Source of the DNA: Chitinophagaceae bacterium
Lineage (GTDB): Bacteria; Bacteroidota; Bacteroidia; Chitinophagales; Chitinophagaceae
Assembly (NCBI GenBank): GCA_049242885.1
Contig: JBMLOQ010000130.1
Coordinates: 5,821-69,820 of the forward strand
Direction of reading: 5' to 3'
DNA length: 64,000 nucleotides
In this document: piece by piece, positions 10,324 to 20,392 of the stretch
How the letters are laid out: each line of letters begins with the position of its first letter
How positions within the stretch are numbered: the first letter of the stretch is position 1
The notes under the pieces: generated by a model
Databases searched by the model: none
Told to the model about the DNA's origin: nothing
Seen by the model: the letters and a program-made list of their open reading frames with translations, nothing else
Position numbers and translations under genes: made by a program

Positions 10324-13300
10324 ATGAACCCTACAAAAATGAAAATTCTTTTAGCCAGCCTCACTTGCTTTTTTTGCAGTTTTGCTGTAAGTCAAAAAAA
10401 AGAAAACACCCTAAAATATCCTAGTGTTTTATGGGAAATTACTGGCAATGGAATTAAAACCAAAGCTTATCTTTTTGGCACTATGCACGTAAGTAGCAAA
10501 TTAGCTTTTAACCTTAGCGATTCGTTTTACAATGCCTTAAATTCTGTCGATGCGATTGCACTAGAAAACAACCCTAACACTTGGCAAAAAGATTACTTAG
10601 AAAGCATATTCAATAAAATTAGCAAGTTTATGTATGGCACTGGAGAAAATGGAGAAAATGGAATTTCCAACGAATATATAACTAAAAGCAGTTTTCAAAT
10701 TAACTACAATGATATTCCTTTAAGAAGTGCGTTAGCCTGGGATCCAGAAGTAATCAATCATTTTTTGTATAGAAACTTTGGCAGTTCAGGCGATTTTGAA
10801 GAGAATACCTACTTAGATATGCACATTTTTCAATGTGCTCAAAAATTAAAAAAACAATTCTTTAGCTTAGAAGATTTTAAAGAAAGTGAGGCTTTGATGA
10901 TAGAAGGTTACAAAGCATTTGCTGGAGAATCAAAAAGAAAAAGTAGAAGCACCGAAGCCGACGAAGACCAAGGCAATAGATTACAAATTGGCTTGAATAC
11001 TATTGAAGATGCTTATAGAAAAGGTAATCTGGATTTAATGGATAGTCTTTCAAGAAAATCAATGAACAGTGAAGGTTTTTATGAATATTTTTTGTACAAA
11101 CGCAACGAAATTCATGCCAATGAAGTTACAAAAATCTTAAAAAAAGGTAATACTCTATTTGCTGCTGTTGGTGCCATGCACTTACCAGGTAAAAGAGGTG
11201 TAATTGAATTGCTGCGTGCCAAAGGTTATACATTAAGACCAATTATAATGGGAATTGGTATGAGCAAGAAAAGAGACGAAATAAACAAAATTACTATTCC
11301 AAGAAAACTAGAAAAACAGTTTGCCGAAGACAGTTTATTTACTGTAAATGCCCCTGGAAAATTTTATAGTTCTACTTATGCAAATGAAGGTATAAATAAA
11401 CAATGGGTTCATGCAGATTTTAGTAATGGTGCTTACTATATGATTACGAGAGTAGCAACACAAGGATATTTATGGAACTACAATGAAGCTAGAATGAAAT
11501 TAAAAATTGATAGCTTGTTGTACGAGAATATACCTGGAAAAATTATTGACAAAAAAGCTATTAGTTTAAGTGGCTACAATGGTTTCGATATTTTAAACAA
11601 AACCAGAAAAGGAGATTTTCAACGGTACAACATTTTTATTACCCCCTTAGAAGTAATTGTATTTAAAATGAGTGGCTTTGAAGGGTATGTAAAAGGTGCA
11701 GAAGCTACTGAATTTTTTAAAAGCATAAGCTTTACCAAACCCAATGCCAACAATGATTTAAAACCATTTTCGCCAAGTACAGGAGGATTTCAAGTAAATT
11801 TACCTACAATACCTATTGAAAACAATGGTAACACATCGTTTGAAAGAAATTATTTTGGAATGATGAATGGTAGTTCTCGAAAAAGTAAGGGTTACGAAGC
11901 CTACGACACCACTTCTAAAACATATTTTTATATCTTACCAAAAACATTTATCAACTATAATTTTTTAGAAGAAGATACCTTTAGTCTTTCATTATGTGCA
12001 CAAAGTTTTGCAAGTAACAATTATTTTCTTGCCCCAACAATAAAAAAGCTAGGCAATATTAACGGCATGAACTATATAGAATTAAGTGGAAAATGTGTCG
12101 ATGATGATAACTATTTGAATAGAATTTATAATGTTGGTACACATTTCTATTTACTAATTTCCAAGTTCAAAGACAATCAAAAACAAGCACAGCAATTTGT
12201 AGAATCATTTAAAACAATACCATTACATGATGGGGATGCAAAAGAGTATCAAGATAGTACATTGTTTTTTTCTGTAAAGTCAAGCTTAGTTTTAGATAGT
12301 ATTTCAAAAGTATTTTTAGAGATTGCAAGGCTAAGTCAACGAGTGCAAAATGCTGAAAACAAAACAAGCATAAGCATTGAAGACTATACTGAGACCGAAG
12401 AAAAGTTTGTATTTAGCAGCGATAAAACAAATGAAGAAATAGTAGTAAAATCTAAAGCTTATCCAAAATATAAATACGTTGTAGATTCAACTAAATTTTG
12501 GCAAGAATTAGAAGAAGATTTAAATATTACTGCCCTAAATGAATCCTACCAAGATTTTGCCATTACCAATAAATCATTTAGTTATAACAATGGTGTAAGA
12601 ACATTAAATTTTAACTTAACTGATACCAATTCCACGCAATATTTAAAAGTAAAATTAATTTTAAATAAAGCAATGTTGTTTACAATTTATACACATGCCA
12701 ATACAAACGAAAATTTATCTAAATCAAAACAAGATTTTTTTGATAGCTTTAAACCAATGCACGACAGTGCAACAAACTTTGATTTATTTATGCCAAAAGG
12801 TAATAAGTTTTTTGACGATTACAATTCAAAAGATTCAACTATTTCTAAGTATGCAAAAAAACATATAAACGAAGTAAAGTTTATTGAGGCCGACTTGCCA
12901 CTAATTAAAAATGCTATCAACAATTTAGATAATAAAAGCAAAGATTATATATTAGATAAAACCAACCTGATTCAAGAAATTGGTTATTTACGAAAAACAG
13001 ATGATGCAGCTTTTGCCCTAAAAGAATATTATGATAAAGCTGGTGATACTGCTACTTTTCAAAACAAAACCATACTTGCTTTGGGAAATTTAAAAACTAA
13101 TAAAGCTTTTGAAATTTTGGGAGATATTTTACTTAATGATCCTCCTGTTTTTGAGGATGAAGATAATGTAACAACCTTATTTGAAAACTTTAACGATACC
13201 ATTTTACTTGCAAAAAATCTATTACCAACACTATTGCATCTAAGCAGTTTAGACGATTATAAATGGAAAGTATATGATTTAATTTCGAACATGATTGATA

Positions 13301-14118
13301 GCAATTTAATTACAAGCAAAGAATATGAATCGCTAAGTAGTAAATTATTTTTTGATGCAAAAATTGAACAGAAAAAACTTAAAATAAGTGATGAAAAATT
13401 AATTAACAAAAGTAATTCTAGAGATGATGAAAGTGATGTAGACGTTTCGTATTCTTATAAATACAAAAGTTATAATAGTAACAGTAACTTAATGTCGTAT
13501 TCAAATTTATTAATGCCTTTTTGGGATAAAAATCCAAACGTTGCAAGTTTTATAAATAAGAACCTACAATCAAAAACCAGTGAAGTAAAATTCTTTACAG
13601 CCAAGCTATTAGAAAAAAACAAAAAGCCTTTTAGCGATAGCATTTGGAGTGAATTGGCTGAAGATGAAAAAACAAAAATTAGTGTGTTTAGATATTTAAA
13701 AGCCAACAACAAGCTTAATCTTTTACCTAAAAAAATAATATTGCAAGAAGATTTTGCAAAAGCTATTTTAACAAACCGTAGAAGAGAAGACAGTTTAGTG
13801 TATTTAAATAAGTATTTGCCTTTTCAAACAAAAAACAAATCTGGTTGGGTGTACTTTTATAAATATAAAGAAAGCGAAAAAGATGTTGATTGGAAACTAG
13901 CATTTTGTGGATTACAGCCAGCCGATACAACTAAAATTGACATAGATGATACGTTTACACAATTCACTAATAAAGTATTAAAAACTAATCAACCAATTGA
14001 TGAGCAAATTACTAAATTGCTAAAAGAAGCAGCTTATGAATTAAAAAGAAGTAGCAGCCATTTCTTTGATAAATCCAGAAGTTATGGATTGGATTATAAT
14101 TATCCAATCACGAAATAA
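10324..14118 (+). CDS. giant secreted protein: N-terminal TraB/GumN (Tiki-like) domain plus a roughly 950-aa uncharacterised extension
   Basis: Signal peptide. LWEITGNG..KAYLFGTMHV, ALENNP and AAVGAMHLPGKRGVIELLRAKGY match the TraB/GumN/Tiki GxxH...E...HL signature within the first 310 aa or so. The rest has no motif I recognise except a HEAT-like stretch (ILALGNLKTNKAFEILGDILLND). Confidence 0.7.
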   Translation: MNPTKMKILLASLTCFFCSFAVSQKKENTLKYPSVLWEITGNGIKTKAYLFGTMHVSSKLAFNLSDSFYNALNSVDAIALENNPNTWQKDYLESIFNKISKFMYGTGENGENGISNEYITKSSFQINYNDIPLRSALAWDPEVINHFLYRNFGSSGDFEENTYLDMHIFQCAQKLKKQFFSLEDFKESEALMIEGYKAFAGESKRKSRSTEADEDQGNRLQIGLNTIEDAYRKGNLDLMDSLSRKSMNSEGFYEYFLYKRNEIHANEVTKILKKGNTLFAAVGAMHLPGKRGVIELLRAKGYTLRPIIMGIGMSKKRDEINKITIPRKLEKQFAEDSLFTVNAPGKFYSSTYANEGINKQWVHADFSNGAYYMITRVATQGYLWNYNEARMKLKIDSLLYENIPGKIIDKKAISLSGYNGFDILNKTRKGDFQRYNIFITPLEVIVFKMSGFEGYVKGAEATEFFKSISFTKPNANNDLKPFSPSTGGFQVNLPTIPIENNGNTSFERNYFGMMNGSSRKSKGYEAYDTTSKTYFYILPKTFINYNFLEEDTFSLSLCAQSFASNNYFLAPTIKKLGNINGMNYIELSGKCVDDDNYLNRIYNVGTHFYLLISKFKDNQKQAQQFVESFKTIPLHDGDAKEYQDSTLFFSVKSSLVLDSISKVFLEIARLSQRVQNAENKTSISIEDYTETEEKFVFSSDKTNEEIVVKSKAYPKYKYVVDSTKFWQELEEDLNITALNESYQDFAITNKSFSYNNGVRTLNFNLTDTNSTQYLKVKLILNKAMLFTIYTHANTNENLSKSKQDFFDSFKPMHDSATNFDLFMPKGNKFFDDYNSKDSTISKYAKKHINEVKFIEADLPLIKNAINNLDNKSKDYILDKTNLIQEIGYLRKTDDAAFALKEYYDKAGDTATFQNKTILALGNLKTNKAFEILGDILLNDPPVFEDEDNVTTLFENFNDTILLAKNLLPTLLHLSSLDDYKWKVYDLISNMIDSNLITSKEYESLSSKLFFDAKIEQKKLKISDEKLINKSNSRDDESDVDVSYSYKYKSYNSNSNLMSYSNLLMPFWDKNPNVASFINKNLQSKTSEVKFFTAKLLEKNKKPFSDSIWSELAEDEKTKISVFRYLKANNKLNLLPKKIILQEDFAKAILTNRRREDSLVYLNKYLPFQTKNKSGWVYFYKYKESEKDVDWKLAFCGLQPADTTKIDIDDTFTQFTNKVLKTNQPIDEQITKLLKEAAYELKRSSSHFFDKSRSYGLDYNYPITK

Positions 14119-14141
14119 AATTAAAATAAGAATAGAGAAAA

Positions 14142-14966
14142 ATGATTCACATAGTTTTTGAACAAGCGAGTATTTCTGTTTTAAAACAAGCTATTGCCTT
14201 AGATGAAAGTTTAAATGGAAATATTCTAGAAATAAAAGATGATTTTGCAGTTGGGCCAATTGCCAAAATTTTTGAAACAGAGGGTTATCAAGAAAGAAAA
14301 AATTGGTGGGAAAATGCCCTTCTACACTCACCTTATACAGAGCAAATGCAACTGGTTGATGACAAACTTACAGTGCACAATGTTTTAAAACAACTAGAAG
14401 AAAACAACGAAGAGCAAGTTTGGATTTGGATGGCTCAAAATCAACATGATGTTTGTAGTTATTATTGGCTTGTGAGCCAATTAAAAAATTATCAAGGCAG
14501 GATACATGTATTGTATTTAAATAATCTTCCATTTATAAACGAAAAAGGACAAATATTTTACCCACAACACCTACACGAAATACAGCCCAAAGAGTTTTTG
14601 AAAGCAAAAAAATTGGCTCGCCCAATTACTTTAAGTGAGTTTGAAATTGATCCAGACGAATTTTTAAAACTTTGTGATGAAAATGCTACTATAAGAATTT
14701 TAGAAGGTGGTAAAAAAATTGTAAGCAAAGAAGCTAGTTTTTACGATAAAGAACTTTTGACTGCTATTACCAACGACAATCAAAAACTAACCAAAATTTT
14801 AAATAATGTACTAACTAAAATGAAAGTAAAAACTGGCGACGTTTTTTTAGTTTGGAGGCTAAAGCAGTTGGCTTTTGATGGAAAACTTGTAGTAACTGGC
14901 GATTGGGAAAAAGGTTGGAAAGAAATTGAAGTATCCTTGCCCAACACAAAAAACGAAGAAATATAG
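14142..14966 (+). CDS. DUF1835-like protein
   Basis: N-terminus MIHIVFEQASISVLKQAI...DDFAVGPI resembles the DUF1835 start. It lies 23 nt after the giant TraB/GumN gene and is likely co-transcribed. Confidence 0.55.
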   Translation: MIHIVFEQASISVLKQAIALDESLNGNILEIKDDFAVGPIAKIFETEGYQERKNWWENALLHSPYTEQMQLVDDKLTVHNVLKQLEENNEEQVWIWMAQNQHDVCSYYWLVSQLKNYQGRIHVLYLNNLPFINEKGQIFYPQHLHEIQPKEFLKAKKLARPITLSEFEIDPDEFLKLCDENATIRILEGGKKIVSKEASFYDKELLTAITNDNQKLTKILNNVLTKMKVKTGDVFLVWRLKQLAFDGKLVVTGDWEKGWKEIEVSLPNTKNEEI

Positions 14967-15125
14967 AATTACAGTTTGTTAATTCACTAAACTTTAAAAT
15001 AGAGTTTAGCACAACTTGAATTACAATTATTTATTTTAAGAAATTTGGTTTCAATTAACTTTTTGCAAAAACATGATAAATAATAAATCACATGTTTTTT
15101 TGCTTTAGTGATATAATTTATTTAG

Positions 15126-17630
15126 ATGGACGAATTAGAATTACAACAATCACACAAAGGTGTTAACGATCAGTATAAAAATTGGTTTTTAGAATATGCT
15201 TCTTATGTTATTCTAGAACGTGCTGTGCCTGCAATTGATGATGGATTAAAGCCAGTACAACGTAGAATTTTACATGCTATGAAAGAAATGGACGATGGCA
15301 GGTTTAATAAAGTGGCAAACATAATTGGTCAATCAATGCAATACCATCCTCATGGAGATGCAAGTATTGGTGATGCTTTAGTAAACTTAGGGCAAAAAGA
15401 TTTACTTATTGACACTCAAGGAAATTGGGGAGATATAAGAACTGGCGACGATGCAGCTGCTCCACGTTATATCGAAGCTAGGCTCAGCAAATTTGCAAAC
15501 GATGTTGCCTTTAACCCAAAAACTACCAACTGGCAATTAAGTTACGATGGTCGAAAAAATGAACCCATCAACTTGCCAATGAAATTTCCTTTACTACTTG
15601 CCCAAGGTGCTGAAGGAATTGCTGTTGGATTATCTACCAAAATTTTGCCTCATAATTTTTGTGAAATTATTGAAGCAGCTATTAAACATTTAAAAGGCAA
15701 AAAATTTGAACTTTACCCAGATTTTCAAACTGGAGGGATGATTGATGTAAGCAATTACAACGAAGGCAATAGAGGTGGAAAAGTTAAAGTAAGATGCTTT
15801 ATAGAAGAACTGGATAAAAAAAGTTTAGTTATACGAGATGTGCCTTTTGGCGTTACAGTATCTCAACTTTGTGAAAGTATTACAAAAGCAAATGATTCGG
15901 GTAAAATAAAAATTAAAAAAGTTACAGAATTTACTGGTAAATCGGTAGAAATTGTAATTGAATTGGCACCAGGAATTTCTACAGATATTACTATTGATGC
16001 ACTTTATGCATTCACTGATTGTGAAGTGAGTATCAGCCCCAATGCTTGTATTATTGATACCCAAAAACCAAGATTTATTGGCGTTCAAGAATTGTTGAAA
16101 TCCAGTGTTGATCATACCAAAAATTTATTGCAACTCGAACTTCAAATAAAATTAAATGAGCTTCAAGATAAATGGCATTATACCTCTCTAGAAAAAATAT
16201 TTTTTGAAGAAAAAATTTACAAAGAGCTTGAGGCTAAGCACGAAACTTGGGAAATTGTATTGCAATCTATTGAAAAAGCTTTTCTTCCTTTTCGAAAAAA
16301 ACTAAATAGAGATGTAACAAGAGAAGATGTTATAAAACTTACAGAAAAGCCTGTTCGCAGAATTTATAAATTAGATATTGATGAGTTAAATGCTCAAATA
16401 AAAAGTATTGAAGATGATATTGCCGATACCAAACATCATCTTGAACACTTAACTGAATTTACCATCGCCTACTTTGAAACCCTCTATAAAAAATATGGCA
16501 AAGGCAAAGAACGAAAAACTGAAATTAAAGTTTTTGATACCATTAAAGTACAGCAAATTGCCATAGCCAATTCTAAATTATACATTAATAGAGATGAAGG
16601 CTTTGTGGGTACAAGTTTAAAGAAAGATGAATTTTTGTTTGACTGCAGCGACATGGATGATATTATTTGTTTTACCAAAAAAGGAATAATGAAAGTGGTA
16701 AAAGTGGCCGATAAAAACTTTATTGGTAAAGACATTTTACATGCTGCTATTTTTAAAAAGAATGATGAACGTACTACCTACAATATGATTTATGTAGATG
16801 GGGCATCAGGTACAAGCTATGCCAAAAGGTTTAATGTTACAGGCATTACAAGAGACAAAGAATATGATTTAACAAAAGGTAGTGACAAAAGCAAAGTATT
16901 ATATTTCACAGCAAATGCAAATGGCGAAGCAGAAATGGTGAAAATTTTACTTAGTCCAAATTGTAGTGCAAGAAATAAAGAATTAGAATTTTATTTCGAA
17001 GAAATTGAAATTAAAGGAAGAAGTAGCCAAGGCAATATTGCTACAAAATACCCTATAAAATCGGTTAAACTAAAACAAGCAGGAAGAAGCACTTTGGCTG
17101 GAAGAAAAATTTGGTATGATACGCAATTTGGAAGACTAAATGCTGATGAAAAAGGGGTTTTATTGGGAAGTTTTGAAGAGCAAGATAAAATTTTGGTAAT
17201 GTATGTTGATGGGTTTTATGAAATAACAGATATTGAATTTACACAAAGATTAGAGGCAGAAAAAGTAGTGTTGATTGAAAAATTTGATGTAAATAAAATA
17301 GTAACTGCCGTTTACCATGATGTTGAAAAAACACAATTCACAGTTAAGCGTTTTAAAATAGAAACCACCACTTTAAAAACCAAGTATAGTTTTATAAAAG
17401 AAGGAAATGGAAACACAGTTACTAGTGTAACCACATTAGAAGAGCCAGTATTAGCTGTACAACAAGGGCGTGGCGACCAAATACGAAAAGGCAAACTTAA
17501 GATTAGTAAAATGGTGGAAGTTATGGGTTACAAGGCAATTGGTGCTAAACTTTTAGACTTTTCAAAATCTGTACAAATGAGCTGGGAAGAAGCTCCAAAA
17601 ACTGATAATGCCCAACCTGAGTTGTTTTAA
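15126..17630 (+). CDS. parC: DNA topoisomerase IV subunit A
   Basis: YASYVILERAVPAIDDGLKPVQRRILHAM and catalytic-Tyr region AAPRYIEARL. The Bacteroidota ParC-type N-terminus (YKNWFLEY) distinguishes it from GyrA. Confidence 0.9.
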   Translation: MDELELQQSHKGVNDQYKNWFLEYASYVILERAVPAIDDGLKPVQRRILHAMKEMDDGRFNKVANIIGQSMQYHPHGDASIGDALVNLGQKDLLIDTQGNWGDIRTGDDAAAPRYIEARLSKFANDVAFNPKTTNWQLSYDGRKNEPINLPMKFPLLLAQGAEGIAVGLSTKILPHNFCEIIEAAIKHLKGKKFELYPDFQTGGMIDVSNYNEGNRGGKVKVRCFIEELDKKSLVIRDVPFGVTVSQLCESITKANDSGKIKIKKVTEFTGKSVEIVIELAPGISTDITIDALYAFTDCEVSISPNACIIDTQKPRFIGVQELLKSSVDHTKNLLQLELQIKLNELQDKWHYTSLEKIFFEEKIYKELEAKHETWEIVLQSIEKAFLPFRKKLNRDVTREDVIKLTEKPVRRIYKLDIDELNAQIKSIEDDIADTKHHLEHLTEFTIAYFETLYKKYGKGKERKTEIKVFDTIKVQQIAIANSKLYINRDEGFVGTSLKKDEFLFDCSDMDDIICFTKKGIMKVVKVADKNFIGKDILHAAIFKKNDERTTYNMIYVDGASGTSYAKRFNVTGITRDKEYDLTKGSDKSKVLYFTANANGEAEMVKILLSPNCSARNKELEFYFEEIEIKGRSSQGNIATKYPIKSVKLKQAGRSTLAGRKIWYDTQFGRLNADEKGVLLGSFEEQDKILVMYVDGFYEITDIEFTQRLEAEKVVLIEKFDVNKIVTAVYHDVEKTQFTVKRFKIETTTLKTKYSFIKEGNGNTVTSVTTLEEPVLAVQQGRGDQIRKGKLKISKMVEVMGYKAIGAKLLDFSKSVQMSWEEAPKTDNAQPELF

Positions 17631-17685
17631 TTTCTAAAGTTACTTTTCTATTTTAAAATAGCCCTCTTCTTTAATTAAAACTATA

Positions 17686-17762
17686 ACGTCATTTCGATGG
17701 TTCTTGCCAGAGAAATCTGTATAAATTGTACAATTAGATTTCTCCTATCGTCGAAATGACGT
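17686..17762. repeat. REP-like imperfect palindromic element
   Basis: ACGTCATTTCGA..(C)AGAGAAATCT - loop - AGATTTCTCC..TCGAAATGACGT. It sits in the gap between the convergent parC and thioesterase genes. Confidence 0.5.
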
Positions 17763-17974
17763 AAATGATTTTATTTCAAATCAATTGTCGAAGAGGTCTA
17801 ATCTTTTTTGTAGGATTTTATGCCGTTGTAGTTATTACAAAGCCTACCAACAACTTAACTCGTTGTAGTTTTAATACAGCATATGGCTTTGCAAACATTG
17901 TACTGGTTTTAAGCAGCATTTGTTGTTCTATTTCCGCTAAAATTTTGTTCTATTGATTAAAATCACAAACAACT

Positions 17975-18403
17975 TCAAGATAAATGGAAGTTTCCAGCAA
18001 AATCGTCAGGTAAATTTATTTTCCTTTTTAGTGTATAATCAAAGCAAACCATTCCTGTTTTTGCTATTGCAACAACTGCTTGTGTTTTTGTATTTATTAG
18101 TTTGTAAAAAATATCGAAACCTAACTTATCAAAATTAGTGCCTTGTACAAATACTTCAAATTCATCGCCATAAACAAGTTCGCTTTTAAGTTGTACTGCA
18201 ATATCACTCATTATTAAACTACACCCATTTACATTAAGCTCTGTATGATTGAAATGATTTAAATACTGCATTCTTGCTTCGTGCAGATAACTTAAGAATG
18301 TATCATTACCTACATGATTTCCATAGTTAATGTCAGTAATTCTTACTTTAATTTTTGTACTAAATTTAAATTCTACTGGAGGGGTTAGTTTAATTCTTTC
18401 CAT
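17975..18403 (-). CDS. acyl-CoA thioesterase (hotdog fold, 4HBT/YbgC-like)
   Basis: 142 aa. Pattern INYGNHVGNDTFLSYLHEAR near the N-terminus is typical of the 4HBT hotdog family. The start overlaps the rdgB stop (TAATG). Confidence 0.7.
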   Translation of the reverse strand: MERIKLTPPVEFKFSTKIKVRITDINYGNHVGNDTFLSYLHEARMQYLNHFNHTELNVNGCSLIMSDIAVQLKSELVYGDEFEVFVQGTNFDKLGFDIFYKLINTKTQAVVAIAKTGMVCFDYTLKRKINLPDDFAGNFHLS

Positions 18404-18978
18404 TAAAACCTGTTTAAAAAATCAATTAATTTTTTGGTTGCTTTTTTACGATGGCTGAAAATATTTTTTTCGTCCATAGTCATTTGAGCAAAAGTTTTTG
18501 TACTTCCATTTGGAATAAAAATGGGGTCGTAACCAAAGCCATTTTCACCTGTAGGATGGTCAATTATTTTGCCTTCGCAAACGCCTTCAAATAAATGTAA
18601 ACTTCCATTAAATCGCAAAGCAATTATGGTTGTAAAATTTGCATTTCTATTTTCAATTCCTTCTAAGTTTTTTAACAATAGTTCAATGTTTTTGATATCA
18701 CTTTTCGCATCACCTGCATACCTTGCACTTTTTACGCCTGGCTCTCCATTTAAAGCTTCAACTTGCAAGCCTGTATCTTCGGCAAATGCATTTTGATTTG
18801 TATCATTAAAAATGTAATCAACTTTCTCTATAGCATTTGCTTGCAAAGTTTCGTGTGGCTCAGGAATATCAACAAAAATTCCTGCTTCTTTAAGTGTAGT
18901 AATTACAAAATGTGGTGGTAATACTTTCCTAATTTCGAGTACTTTGTTGTTGTTGTTTGTAGCAAATACTAAATTCAT
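18403..18978 (-). CDS. rdgB: non-canonical purine NTP pyrophosphatase (RdgB/HAM1)
   Basis: VFATNNNNKVLE, EDTGL.VEALNGEPGV.SARY and GFGYDPIF..., SHR motifs. The track start at 18981 is GTG, and the adjacent ATG at 18978 is preferred. Confidence 0.9.
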   Translation of the reverse strand: MNLVFATNNNNKVLEIRKVLPPHFVITTLKEAGIFVDIPEPHETLQANAIEKVDYIFNDTNQNAFAEDTGLQVEALNGEPGVKSARYAGDAKSDIKNIELLLKNLEGIENRNANFTTIIALRFNGSLHLFEGVCEGKIIDHPTGENGFGYDPIFIPNGSTKTFAQMTMDEKNIFSHRKKATKKLIDFLNRF

Positions 18979-19043
18979 CACGGTTATTTTAAATATTGAA
19001 TTTAAATCGATGAGGGCATTTTAAAAAAATGCTTTCAAATAAG

Positions 19044-20387
19044 TTAAATGGCTTGCCTTTTCTTAATTTCAAGATATTTATTCACTGCATCTATGGTAAG
19101 ATTTTCTGGAGTAGTAAGAATGCACAAAATTCCATATTGCTGCAATTCCTTAGCCATTAATTTCTTTTCGTATAAAAATTTATCAGCAATGGTTTTTATA
19201 TAAATTTCTTCTGTATTTACAGCTGTTTTTTGGTGCAACTTTTTTATTTCAGTATTTTCAAAAAATACAACAAGCAACAAATGATGTTGAGCCATTTTTC
19301 TAAGGTAAGGCAATTGCCTATCTAGATTGTACTTACTTTCAAAATTAGTAAACAAAATCAGCAAACTACGTTGTTTAATTCTATGTCTTACTTGGGCATA
19401 TAAATTCTCAAAACTGGCATCCAAAAAATTAGTTTGTTGCTTGTACAATGTGTCTAAAATGGTTGGCATTTGCAAACTATTTTTCTCAGCAGTAATAAAA
19501 TTATCAACTTTTTGAGAAAAGCATAGTAGCCCTGCTTTATCCTGTTTTTGAATAGCTATATTGGTAAGCACTAAGCTGGCATTTATGGCATAATCTAAAA
19601 GTGTCATTCCATCAAAAGGCATTTTCATGGTTCTACTTTTATCAACTAAGCAATAAACTTGTTGGCTTTTTTCATCAATATAAGTGTTTACCATAAGGCT
19701 TGCTTTACGAGCACTAGCCTTCCAATTTATTGTTCTAAAATCATCACCTGGTATGTACTCTTTTATTTGCTCAAACTCCGTGCTATTTCCTAATTTTTTT
19801 AAGAGCTTACTTCCCGTTTGATTTAAATTATTACCAATTGCATTTAAACTAAATTGTTTTAATTGAGAGTAAGATGGATATACATGTATGGTAATATTTG
19901 CAGGAAAATTAAATTTTCTTTGTACAATATTTAAAGGTGATTGTACAAAAGCCAAAATGTTTCCAAAGTTGTATTCTCCTCGTTGTGTAGGTTTTAAATT
20001 GTACTCAATAATATGATTTTGTGCTCCACTAATTTTTACAATTGGAAGTTCTAAGTTTTTATTAAACTGGTATGGTAATTCATCAATAATAAAAATGCTA
20101 ATTGGAAAATTGTAGTTATTTTTTATTTCGATAGTTACTTCATTGAGGGCACCATTGCTAAATCTTGAGGCACAGGTTCTTGCAGCTAATAAAGCTCTAC
20201 GTTTTAGGTATAGCATACCCACATCGATTAAAAATATTAGTACAACAGCAGCCAATAAAAATGTAGCTATATCTAAAATAGGTGGCACAAAAAATGATGA
20301 AGCCATTAAAACTGCAATAGCTATGATAGCCCAATAAAGATATTTGGTTACATAAAACGAATTATATAAAGCTATTATTCCTCTCAT
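19044..20387 (-). CDS. DUF58 domain protein (two N-terminal TM helices, vWA-like core)
   Basis: EFEQIKEYIPGDDFRTINWKASAR is the DUF58 signature. It lies immediately downstream of the MoxR ATPase. Confidence 0.8.
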   Translation of the reverse strand: MRGIIALYNSFYVTKYLYWAIIAIAVLMASSFFVPPILDIATFLLAAVVLIFLIDVGMLYLKRRALLAARTCASRFSNGALNEVTIEIKNNYNFPISIFIIDELPYQFNKNLELPIVKISGAQNHIIEYNLKPTQRGEYNFGNILAFVQSPLNIVQRKFNFPANITIHVYPSYSQLKQFSLNAIGNNLNQTGSKLLKKLGNSTEFEQIKEYIPGDDFRTINWKASARKASLMVNTYIDEKSQQVYCLVDKSRTMKMPFDGMTLLDYAINASLVLTNIAIQKQDKAGLLCFSQKVDNFITAEKNSLQMPTILDTLYKQQTNFLDASFENLYAQVRHRIKQRSLLILFTNFESKYNLDRQLPYLRKMAQHHLLLVVFFENTEIKKLHQKTAVNTEEIYIKTIADKFLYEKKLMAKELQQYGILCILTTPENLTIDAVNKYLEIKKRQAI

Positions 20388-20392
20388 AATTG

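Noticed and set aside
17765-18138. Two small plus-strand ORFs (63 and 61 aa) in and next to the parC-thioesterase gap
   Set aside because: Their composition is hydrophobic and low-complexity. The second overlaps the thioesterase CDS antisense. There is no promoter-like box or conserved motif, so they are probably noise from AT-rich sequence.
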